Source: an uncultured Verrucomicrobiae bacterium (lineage in GTDB: Bacteria > Verrucomicrobiota > Verrucomicrobiia > Limisphaerales > Palsa-1400). Taken from it: a stretch of DNA of 64,000 nt. The DNA is taken from the NCBI GenBank assembly GCA_963707025.1, contig CAVPOM010000009.1, positions 388,347-452,346 of the forward strand. The letters are read 5' to 3'. Within the stretch, counting starts at the first letter, position 1, and each line of letters opens with the position of its first letter. The notes under the pieces were generated by a model that saw only the letters and a program-made list of their open reading frames with translations, ran no database searches and had not been told where the DNA came from. Positions 1 to 8,158 of this stretch are shown here, piece after piece. A program made the position numbers and the translations under genes.

Positions 1-101
1 TCTGTTGTTCATTCCGCGCTTCCAAACCCTTTCGAAAAGAGAGAACGAGCCGCGCCTGGCACCGCCCGTCCTCCCTCTCCGTTTTCTTAGGGTTTCCAAC
101 C

Positions 102-1007
102 TTACCGCCGCAGGCGGTCTGATTTCAAGTTTTTCCGGCCTGCCGAGCCCTCCTTGGGCTGCATCGCTTCCCATCGGGCCGGTTGGGTTCCGTAGGCCCC
201 GGGATCAGAATACACGGCCGCGGGCGTCGCATAGTGCAAAGCCGCGTGCGGACGCAACCGGTTGTAATCCTCAAACCAGCGCGCCAGCCCGCGCCCGGCC
301 TCGATCCCGTCCAGGTAATCTTGCAGATATATGTCCTCATGCTTGACGCTCCGCCACAACCGCTCGATAAACCGGTTGTCCATCCACCGCCCCCGGCCAT
401 CCATGCTCACGTCCACCCCCGCCGATTCCACCGCGTTGATATACAGCGGCGAAGTGAACTGCGACCCCTGGTCGGTGTTGGCGATCAGCGGGGCCTTCCG
501 CCCGCTCTGCAGCGCCGCTTCCCAGGCGTCCACGCAGAAGGCGCTCTCCAACGTGTTGCTCAAGCGCCACGCCAGCACATACCGGCTCCACCAATCCATC
601 ACCGCCACCAGATACATAAACCCCTGTGCCATCGGCACATAGGTGATGTCCGCGCACCAAGCCTGATCGGGCCCGGTGATCTCCAACTCGCCCAACAGAT
701 ACGGATAGATCTGATGGCCCGGCCCCGGCAGGCTGGTCCGGGGTTTGCGGTAGATGGCCTCGATGCCCATGACCCGCAACAGCCGCACCACCCGCTTGCG
801 ATTGACTTCCCAGCCCTCCCGGCCCAACAGCACCCGCAACTTGCGGCTGCCATAGACCGGATGGTCCAAGTGCAACTGGTCCAAACGCCGCATCAGCGCC
901 AGATTCTCCGGCGTCTCGGGGCACGGTTGGTAATAGTAACTGCTCCGGCATAAATCCAGCAGGTCGCACTGATGCCGCACGCTCACCTGCGCATCCGGGC
1001 CGACCAA
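102..1007 (-). CDS. IS3 transposase OrfB (DDE integrase core), expressed by -1 frameshift from OrfA
   Basis: Motifs WCADITY, NTDQGSQFTS, DNRFIERLWRSVKHE, YNRLRPH. Confidence 0.95.
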   Translation of the reverse strand: MVGPDAQVSVRHQCDLLDLCRSSYYYQPCPETPENLALMRRLDQLHLDHPVYGSRKLRVLLGREGWEVNRKRVVRLLRVMGIEAIYRKPRTSLPGPGHQIYPYLLGELEITGPDQAWCADITYVPMAQGFMYLVAVMDWWSRYVLAWRLSNTLESAFCVDAWEAALQSGRKAPLIANTDQGSQFTSPLYINAVESAGVDVSMDGRGRWMDNRFIERLWRSVKHEDIYLQDYLDGIEAGRGLARWFEDYNRLRPHAALHYATPAAVYSDPGAYGTQPARWEAMQPKEGSAGRKNLKSDRLRR

Positions 1008-1021
1008 CTCCGCCAGGCTCT

Positions 1022-1312
1022 TTAAAGGCCCAGTTGTTTGGATTTTTTTTTCAGCCAGTCCAGGTCCACCGTCAACTGCCCGATCTTCTGGTGCAATTGC
1101 CCGATCAACTCCTCCTGGTCTGCGCTGCCCGCATGCCCCGCCTCAAACAGGTCGGGCAACCGGTCGCGAATCGTCGCTTTCCATTGCGTGACCTGGGTCG
1201 GATGCACCGCGTACTCTCGCGCCAGCTGCGCGACCGTCTTAAGCCCCACCAGGGCTTCGAATCCCACTTTGGCCTTGAAGGCCGCACTGTGCCGCTTCCG
1301 TTTTGTTTTCAT
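1022..1312 (-). CDS. IS3 transposase OrfA (HTH)
   Basis: KRKRHSAAFKAKV...LAREYAVHP...IGQLTVDLDWLKKK. Confidence 0.93.
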   Translation of the reverse strand: MKTKRKRHSAAFKAKVGFEALVGLKTVAQLAREYAVHPTQVTQWKATIRDRLPDLFEAGHAGSADQEELIGQLHQKIGQLTVDLDWLKKKSKQLGL

Positions 1313-1390
1313 CAGTCTGCTTTCTCTCATTTCCAGCAGACCAACAAAAGTCTATCTTCTTCAGCAGTGGTCTAGTTTTTGGGGACCCCC

Positions 1391-1666
1391 TCAAACTTTC
1401 ATTCTTCGCAATGCCTTAATTCCTAAAACCAGCCCGCCTACAAAGAACAAAGAAGAAACTGCGTAGATGGCAATCAGGCTTGGTAAACCAACGTCCTCCC
1501 GATTCCCTACCAACGCTCCGAGCAAGATCATCAGAAAAAAACCGAGAAAAGGCGACCACAACGTCAATTTGGCCGCCCGCCTTCCAACCGGATTTACGGT
1601 TCCGGCCTGTGGTGAGATGCCTGGGGTTGGTGAGGAATCCGAATTTGACGGCACAGGTTCTTCCAT
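1391..1666 (-). pseudogene. Membrane protein truncated at its 3' end by the IS3 element
   Basis: Two hydrophobic segments; the stop codon TGA is supplied by the IS terminal repeat. Confidence 0.6.
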
Positions 1667-1782
1667 GCCCCGAATGTCACACCATACGCCCTAAATGACA
1701 ACAACTAACTGGCAACTAACTGGCAGACAAAAGCCCCGCCAGTTTGCCATATCCGCCGCTGACCGGGCGGAGGGGAAGCCGC

Positions 1783-2253
1783 CGGTGGATGGACAACCGG
1801 TTTATCGAGCGGTTGTGGCGGAGCGTCAAGCATGAGGACATATATCTGCAAGATTACCTGGACGGGATCGAGGCCGGGCGCGGGCTGGCGCGCTGGTTTG
1901 AGGATTACAACCGGTTGCGTCCGCACGCGGCTTTGCACTATGCGACGCCCGCGGCCGTGTATTCTGATCCCGGGGCCTACGGAGCCCAACCGGCCCGATG
2001 GGAAGCGATGCAGCCCAAGGAGGGCTGGCTGGCCGGAAAAACTTGAAATCAGACCGCCTGCGGCGGTAAGGTTGGAAACCCTAAGAAAACGGAGAGGGAG
2101 GACGGGCGGTGCCAGGCGCGGCTCGTTCTCTCTTTCGAAAGGGTTTGGAAGCGCGGAATGAACAACAGACAAACAAAAATACAAATGACAGCGGACCTCC
2201 AGAGTCTATCTTATTCTCCGCGCTCCGTGGTCTAAAGGATGGGGTCCACCTCA
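1783..2253 (+). mobile_element. Truncated IS3 variant 1 (3' end of orfB, tail and right IR), inverted relative to the element at 1-1393
   Basis: Near-identical reverse complement of 1-390; ends in GTGGTCTAAAGGATGGGGTCCACCTCA. Confidence 0.92.
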
Positions 2254-2893
2254 GGTAGTCCTGCATGTCCCCCACGGTGACGATGCCCGCCTGGCCCAGT
2301 GTCTGTTCGGTGACTTTGCCGACCCCGTAAATCACCCGCACTGGCAGCGGCCGCAAAAATGAAACCTTCTCATGTTCAGAAATGATCGTCAGACCGTCAG
2401 GCTTTTTGTGGTCGCTGGCGATTTTGGCCAGCAGTTTGTTGGAGGCAATGCCGATGGTGGCGGTCAACTGGCGCTCAGACAGAATCCGCTGTTTCAAATG
2501 TTGTGCCAACCGCATTGCCTTGAGCAGCGACGCATCGCTGTCCTCCGCCTGACTGAGGGCGGACGCGTCGAGATACGCCTCGTCAATAGACATGGGCTCC
2601 ACGACTGCTCCGGTTTGGGCGACAATCCGCATGATTTGCCGTGATTCCCCCCGGTAATGATCCATTCGCGGACGCACGAAAATGCCATTGGGACAAAGCC
2701 GCCCCGCTGTGGCGCTGGGCATGGCGGAGCGGACCCCAAACTTGCGCGCCTCATAACTGGCGGCACACACCACCCCGCGTTGGGTCGGGGGCGCGCCGAC
2801 GATCACCGGCCGGCCTCGCAGACCCGGGTCGTCGCGCTGTTCCACGGAGGCGAAAAACGCGTCCATGTCCAAATGGAGGATGACGCGAAACAC
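2254..2893 (-). pseudogene. dinB: DNA polymerase IV, N-terminal ~213 aa only, truncated by the IS right end
   Basis: ILHLDMDAFFASVEQRD, AASYEARKFGVRSAM, SIDEAYLD, KLLAKIASD..KPDG. The reading frame runs into the IS IR before the little-finger domain. Confidence 0.92.
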
Positions 2894-3043
2894 GAAGGGA
2901 GATTACCACGGACGATTGAAAGGCAGAAGTCTTCGCTTGGGATCAGTGTCCGGTGCCGACACCCGCCGCGGATCTCCTGAAATCCCTGGGCACCACAGAA
3001 TCTTTGAGATTGCCTTCCTCCGATCAAAGGGGCAGATAGAGGC

Positions 3044-3325
3044 ATGGGCAAAACACCTAAAAAAGCAAAACGAACACCGAGCGCAGCATTCATGAAACCG
3101 GTCACGCCAGACGACAAGCTGGCCCTGGTCGTGGGTGACAAACCCCTTCCCCGGACCGAGCTGACGAAAAAGCTTTGGGCCTACATCCGCAAGAACGGGT
3201 TGCAGGACGCCAAAAAGAGGACCCTGATCAATGCCGATGAAAACCTGAAGGCTGTGTTCAATGGCAAAAAGCAGGTCAGCATGTTCGAGATGACCAAGCT
3301 GGTTTCCGGGCATGTCAAGAAATAG
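3044..3325 (+). CDS. SWIB/MDM2 domain protein
   Basis: AFMKPV...LPRTELTKKLWAYIRKNGLQD...INADENL...VSMFEMTKLVSGH. Confidence 0.92.
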   Translation: MGKTPKKAKRTPSAAFMKPVTPDDKLALVVGDKPLPRTELTKKLWAYIRKNGLQDAKKRTLINADENLKAVFNGKKQVSMFEMTKLVSGHVKK

Positions 3326-3373
3326 GGGCTGGTGTATGCGGTTGGGGTGCTCATGGTTCTGGGAGTGCGAGTC

Positions 3374-4108
3374 ATGAAGGAGAAAATCGTCTTTTGCTGG
3401 AGCGGCGGAAAGGATTCCGCTCTGGCTTTGCATCGCTTGCTGGTAGAGGGCCGGTATGAGGTCGTTTCCCTGCTGACAACATGCAACGAACATTTTCAGC
3501 GCGTCTCCATGCACGGCGTGCGTGTTGAACTGCTGGAGCAGCAAGCCCGCGCCATCGGCCTCCCGCTGCAAAAAATGTTCGTCAGCCAGCGCAGTTCCAA
3601 CGACGAATATATGGAAAAGTTGAGGGGCCATTTGCTCGCTTACAAGGCGCAGGGCGTAACCCGCTTCGCTTTTGGCGATATTTTCCTGGAGGATCTCAAG
3701 CGCTGGCGCGAGGAAAACCTGGCACAACTCGACCTTCGCGGTGTTTTTCCAATTTGGAAGGTGGATTCACGCGAATTGATCCGTGAGTTTATTGCACTTG
3801 GCTTTGGTTCGGTCATCTGCTGCGTCAACGACGCTTATTTGGATGAAACGGCTTTGGGCCGGAACATTGATTCGGATTTCATCCATTGGCTGCCCGCTGA
3901 TGTGGATCCCTGCGGTGAGAATGGCGAATATCATTCGTTCGCATTCGCCGGGCCGATCTTCCAACGGCCGGTGCGAATCAAGGTTGGCGAAACAGTCTAT
4001 CGCCCGGTCGAAGAAACGCACCCAGGCGTAACGTTGGCTGCATGTCCGTTGCCAGGCACGCGGCAAACCAAAGGATTTTGGTTTTGCGATTTGCTGCCTG
4101 CTCTGTGA
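3374..4108 (+). CDS. PP-loop ATP-binding protein (diphthine-ammonia ligase / MJ0570 family)
   Basis: WSGGKDS, MHGVR, FGDIFLED, DPCGENGEYHSF. Confidence 0.9.
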   Translation: MKEKIVFCWSGGKDSALALHRLLVEGRYEVVSLLTTCNEHFQRVSMHGVRVELLEQQARAIGLPLQKMFVSQRSSNDEYMEKLRGHLLAYKAQGVTRFAFGDIFLEDLKRWREENLAQLDLRGVFPIWKVDSRELIREFIALGFGSVICCVNDAYLDETALGRNIDSDFIHWLPADVDPCGENGEYHSFAFAGPIFQRPVRIKVGETVYRPVEETHPGVTLAACPLPGTRQTKGFWFCDLLPAL

Positions 4109-4276
4109 ATCGAAAGCGCCTATTTTTGGCGGGCCGGAAAGCTTTGTTGGGCCAACCCAGTGTGCCACAGGATCGTCTGCGAAAAATCGAAGACTGACCC
4201 GGTTGATACGCTCCATTTTCAGGTTTTGACGGAGAAACGGAGTGCGTTTTGGGCGAAGTTGTGGCAAGGAGGGGGG

Positions 4277-4609
4277 ATGGATATAAAGAACCTTGGAACT
4301 GTGGCGGCGTTTGTCACGAAGGACGGATCGGAGATTCGTGAGCTGCTGACGCATCGAAATTCGGCGATCCGCAATCAGAGTCTGGCGGAGGCACGATTGG
4401 CCCCCGGCATGAGCACCCAGGAACATTATCACGTCATGACGGAGGAGATTTATTACATCACGCACGGGGTGGGACGAATTCGCATCAATGGGGAAGTCCG
4501 CGAGGTGGTCAAAGGGGATGCGATTGCGATTTTGCCGGGGCAGAGGCACAAGCTCTGGAATACGAGTTCGGATGTGATTGAGGAATTCAACTATCGTGCA
4601 GAGAAATGA
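4277..4609 (+). pseudogene. Cupin-domain N-terminus fused in frame to the start of a PAS domain, interrupted by IS3
   Basis: TKDGSEIRELL, QSLAEA, HYH..TEEIYYI, HKLWNT, then VIEEFNYRAEK; the stop comes from the IS. Confidence 0.75.
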
Positions 4610-4684
4610 GCTGGACCCCTATTTTTAGACCACAGGTAAGTTTCGATTTTTGCCGGTTTGCTGTAGATAAGAAAGAGCAGACTT

Positions 4685-4975
4685 ATGAAAGCAAAACGGA
4701 AAAGACACAGTGCGGCCTTCAAGGCCAAAGTGGGATTCGAAGCCCTGGTGGGGCTGAAGACGGTCGCGCAATTGGCGCGAGAGTATGCGGTGCATCCGGC
4801 GCAGGTCACGCAGTGGCGGGCGACGATTCGGGATCACATGCCCGAATTGTTTGAGCCCGGGCAACCCCGCACGGAGGATCAGGAACAGTTGATTGCCCAA
4901 CTGCATGAGAAGATTGGCCAACTGACGGTGGACTTGGACTGGCTTAAAAAAAAGTCCAGGCAACTGGGGCTTTAA
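4685..4975 (+). CDS. IS3 OrfA
   Basis: HTH transposase subunit ending in the A-AAA-AAG slippery motif (~4946-4954). Confidence 0.93.
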   Translation: MKAKRKRHSAAFKAKVGFEALVGLKTVAQLAREYAVHPAQVTQWRATIRDHMPELFEPGQPRTEDQEQLIAQLHEKIGQLTVDLDWLKKKSRQLGL

Positions 4976-5007
4976 CATGTTTAATCGCTCCCGATCCGCA
5001 GCTCAGC

Positions 5008-5862
5008 GTGCGGCGCCAGTGCGAGCTGCTGGCGGTGTGCCGTGGCAGTTATTATTACCAGTGCTGTCCGGAGACAGAGGAGAACCTGGCGCTGATGCGG
5101 CGGTTGGACCAGATGCATTTGGACCACCCGGTTTATGGCAGCCGCAAACTGACCGTGCTGTTGCGCCGGGAGGGTTTGACCATCAATCGCAAACGGGTGG
5201 TGCGGCTGCTGCGGTTGATGGGGATCGAGGCGATTTACGCCAAGCCCAAGACGAGTCTGCGGGAGATGGGGCACCAGATTTATCCGTATCTGTTACGCAA
5301 TTTGGCAGTGACGGGACCGGATCAGGTTTGGTGTTCGGACATTACGTATGTGCCTATGGCAACTGGGTTTATGTATTTGGTGGCGGTGATGGATTGGTGG
5401 AGTCGTTACGTGCTGGGATGGCGCTTGAGCAACACGTTGGAGGCGGACTTTTGTGTGGACGCTTGGGAGGCGGCGTTGCGGGCGGGGCGTCAGGCGCCGT
5501 TGATTTCCAATACCGACCAGGGATCGCAGTTCACCTCCCCGATGTTTATCGATGCGGTGGAATCGGCGGGGGTGGACGTGAGCATGGACGGACGGGGTCG
5601 CTGGATGGACAACCGGTTTATCGAGCGGCTGTGGCGGAGCGCCAAGTATGAGGACATTTATTTGCAAGACTATGGCGACGGGTTGGCGGCAGGGCGCGGA
5701 CTGGGCCGGTGGTTTGACGGCTACAACCGGGAACGACCGCACCAGGCGTTGGGCTATGCGACGCCGGCGGACGCGTATTTTGATCCCGGCACGCATGGAG
5801 CCCAACCGGCCAAATGGGAAGCGATGCAACCTGCCAGAGGCAGGAGCGATCGCAGCACTTGA
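5008..5862 (+). CDS. IS3 OrfB (DDE)
   Basis: WCSDITY, NTDQGSQFTS, IERLWRSAKYE; the -1 frame from the slippery site is open into this ORF. Confidence 0.95.
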   Translation: MRRQCELLAVCRGSYYYQCCPETEENLALMRRLDQMHLDHPVYGSRKLTVLLRREGLTINRKRVVRLLRLMGIEAIYAKPKTSLREMGHQIYPYLLRNLAVTGPDQVWCSDITYVPMATGFMYLVAVMDWWSRYVLGWRLSNTLEADFCVDAWEAALRAGRQAPLISNTDQGSQFTSPMFIDAVESAGVDVSMDGRGRWMDNRFIERLWRSAKYEDIYLQDYGDGLAAGRGLGRWFDGYNRERPHQALGYATPADAYFDPGTHGAQPAKWEAMQPARGRSDRST

Positions 5863-6100
5863 CAGAGAGGCAGGCGGCAGGAAAAGGCTTGAAATCAGAC
5901 CGCCTGCGGCGGTAGAGTTGAGAACCCTAAGAAAACGGAGAGGGAGGACGGGCAGTGCTCCGCATCGCTCGTTCTCTCTTTTCGAAAGGGTTTTGAAACA
6001 CGGAATGAACAGTAGTCAACTACAATTAGTAATGACAGCAATCGGCAAAAGTCGCGCTTATTTCATGCGCTCCGTGGTCTAAAGGATGGGGTCCACCTCA

Positions 6101-7155
6101 AAACTGTGGGGACGCAAGCCAGCGGCAGGGGATTCCAATGAGCGGTTCTGCGGCGCGTATAAGTTGTTCCACCCGAACGGCAGTTTCATGCCCCACGACA
6201 AATGTCCGATGGCCGATGTATTGCAGGGCAAGGTAACGGCGGTGCAGAACGCGGAAGTGGTCATCGAGCGGCAGGACGGCTCACGGATTACCGCGCTAGT
6301 GGATATCCATCCACTGAAGGACAAAAGAGGACAAATCACTGGAGCAATCAATTGCTTTTACGACATCACTCAGCAAAAGCAGGCTGAAAGGAGGATGCAG
6401 ATGTTTACTCAAGAAATCGTCGCGGCGCGAGAGGAAGAAAGGAGACGGGTGTCGGCCGTTTTGCACCACGACGTTGGTTCGTTGGCGGTGGGGATCTCAG
6501 CCTATCTTGACGTGATCGAAGATGATGTTCGCTCCGGGAAACCCGGAGGCGCGCTTAAGTCAATTAATCGGACGCGGAAGGCCTTCGACAAGTCGGTCGC
6601 GCGCCTGAAGCGGTTGGCCATTGAAATTCGGCCGACCGAACTTGATCTCCTCGGACTCAGCGCCGCCTTGAGGCAACATTGCTCTCGGATTACAAAGCAC
6701 AGGCGAACCCGGATTCGTTTCAACGAGACACTGCCATGCTCCCGATACCAGCAAACGCCGCCACGATCCTGTTCCGGGTTGCGCAGGAAGCGATGACCAA
6801 TGCCATCAAGCATGGTCACGCGAAGCTTGTGGACGTGGCCCTCAGAACATCGAACGAAGAAATTAGTCTGACAATTCGTGATAATGGAAAGGGATTCGAT
6901 CCGACGGAACAAAGGAGGCGGGAAACGTCCCATTTGGGCCTCCGCATCATGAGGGAAATGGCAGTTTCCGCCGGAGGCACATTCACCGTTGACTCCGGGC
7001 GAGGGAAAGGAACCACGGTGCGTCTGGGCCTGCCAGCCCAAACAGCGGGTTTGGAGTTGACCGAATCCGCCGTGCAGAAAGAAACGATAGCGCGAGGAAG
7101 GGCGCTCTGTTTCACCGGCCGAGGTTCGCGGACGCAGAAAGGCGGGCGCGCATGA
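6101..7155 (+). pseudogene. PAS + HisKA_3 + HATPase sensor kinase (NarX/UhpB-like), IS-interrupted, frameshift near 6735
   Basis: LWGRKP...GAINCFYDITQQK, EEERRRVSAVLHHDVG, LFRVAQEAMTNAIKH, DNGKGFD, LGLRIMRE spread over two frames. Confidence 0.85.
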
Positions 7156-7808
7156 GCATTCGCGTCGTTATCGCCGATGATCATCCGGTGGTCCGGGACG
7201 GGTTGCGCATGGCCATCGAACGACGCGGAAAGGACATCGAAATCGTCGGCGAGGCTTCTGACGGCATGGAAGTCCTGGAGATTGCGAGGACGAAACCATT
7301 CGACGTATTCATCCTCGATATCACCATGCCCAATATGAACGGGATCGAAACCGCCAGAGAACTGCTCAAGAGGTACCCAGGCGCGAAGATTATCATGTTA
7401 AGTCTGAACGACACGAAAGCCATTGTGGAGGAAGCGTTGGCGGTCGGGGTGCGGGGATTCCTGACAAAGGAGACGGTGACACGAAACGTGGTTGACGCCG
7501 TCGTCGAGGTCCACGCGGGACGATACTATCTCAGTCCAACGATCGCCCATTTCGTCGTTGAGGCGGGACTTTTGGGGAGAAAGGGGGGGCGGGAGCGCCG
7601 AGACGCTCCAGTTGCCCTTACCGGGCAGGAGAGGAGAGTGCTGCAACTCATAGCAGAAGCGCACAGCAACAAGGAAGTCGCCGCTATGCTGGACCTGTCC
7701 GTCAACACCGTCCGCGTCCACCGGCACCGCATAATGGCCAAATTGAATATGCACAAACAGGCCAACCTCGTCCGCTATGCCATCAAGGCAGGGATTGCCA
7801 AACTTTAG
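7152..7808 (+). CDS. NarL/LuxR-family response regulator
   Basis: IADDHPVVR, LDITMP, LTGQERRVL...SNKEVA...TVRVHR. Confidence 0.95.
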   Translation: MSIRVVIADDHPVVRDGLRMAIERRGKDIEIVGEASDGMEVLEIARTKPFDVFILDITMPNMNGIETARELLKRYPGAKIIMLSLNDTKAIVEEALAVGVRGFLTKETVTRNVVDAVVEVHAGRYYLSPTIAHFVVEAGLLGRKGGRERRDAPVALTGQERRVLQLIAEAHSNKEVAAMLDLSVNTVRVHRHRIMAKLNMHKQANLVRYAIKAGIAKL

Positions 7809-7823
7809 GCCATCCCATCCCAT

Positions 7824-7907
7824 TCCAGATTAACCTCAAACTCCGCCTCATCTAAGCCTTTTAGACTATCCAGATTAGTCTCAAAATCTTCCTCAGATAG
7901 TCCTTTT
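7824..7907. repeat. Imperfect tandem repeat, 45-bp period, 2 copies
   Basis: TCCAGATTAACCTCAAACTCCGCCTCATCTAAGCCTTTT vs TCCAGATTAGTCTCAAAATCTTCCTCAGATAGTCCTTTT. Confidence 0.75.
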
Positions 7908-8158
7908 GAGTTATTTGGCCCTGCCCTTCGTCCTCCGATAGTAGTTGGATGCAGGACAACAAGAGCACACCGCCGAGATGGGCTGGAGCCTTGGGAAAGA
8001 AGCCCAGGAGAACCTCTGGGGGCCGCTTCATGGTTTACGAGTATGAGCGCGGGAAAGAAACCACTTCTAAAACTCCGTCCAAAACGCGGAAACCACGGTG
8101 AGTTTCCGAGTATCACCGAACGTGCTCGCCGCAAAATAATTTCGAAACAACGAAACTT

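Larger units (their letters stand above)
1..1393 (-). mobile_element. IS3-family insertion sequence, variant 1 (right end runs off the window)
   Basis: orfA/orfB pair. Left terminal IR TGAGGGGGTCCCCAAAAACTAGACCAC ends at 1393 (5'-TG). A9 slippery run at 1043-1051 joins orfA to orfB in the -1 frame. Confidence 0.95.
4607..6100 (+). mobile_element. IS3-family element, variant 2, copy A (1494 bp)
   Basis: Imperfect terminal IRs TGAGCTGGACCCC.../...GGGGTCCACCTCA; 3-bp target duplication AAA (4604-4606 / 6101-6103). Confidence 0.97.

Noticed and set aside
2081..2253. C-terminal tail of the 270-aa DinB ORF
   Set aside because: Read-through into the IS right end, not DinB sequence.
2945..2963. GTGTC-N7-GACAC palindrome upstream of dinB as an SOS box
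   Set aside because: Does not match the TGTTC-N4-GAACA Verrucomicrobia LexA motif as I recall it; a single short palindrome is weak evidence.
4977..5651. Alternative-frame ORFs repeated in each IS copy
   Set aside because: GC-rich frame shadows of orfB; their recurrence only reflects IS copy identity.
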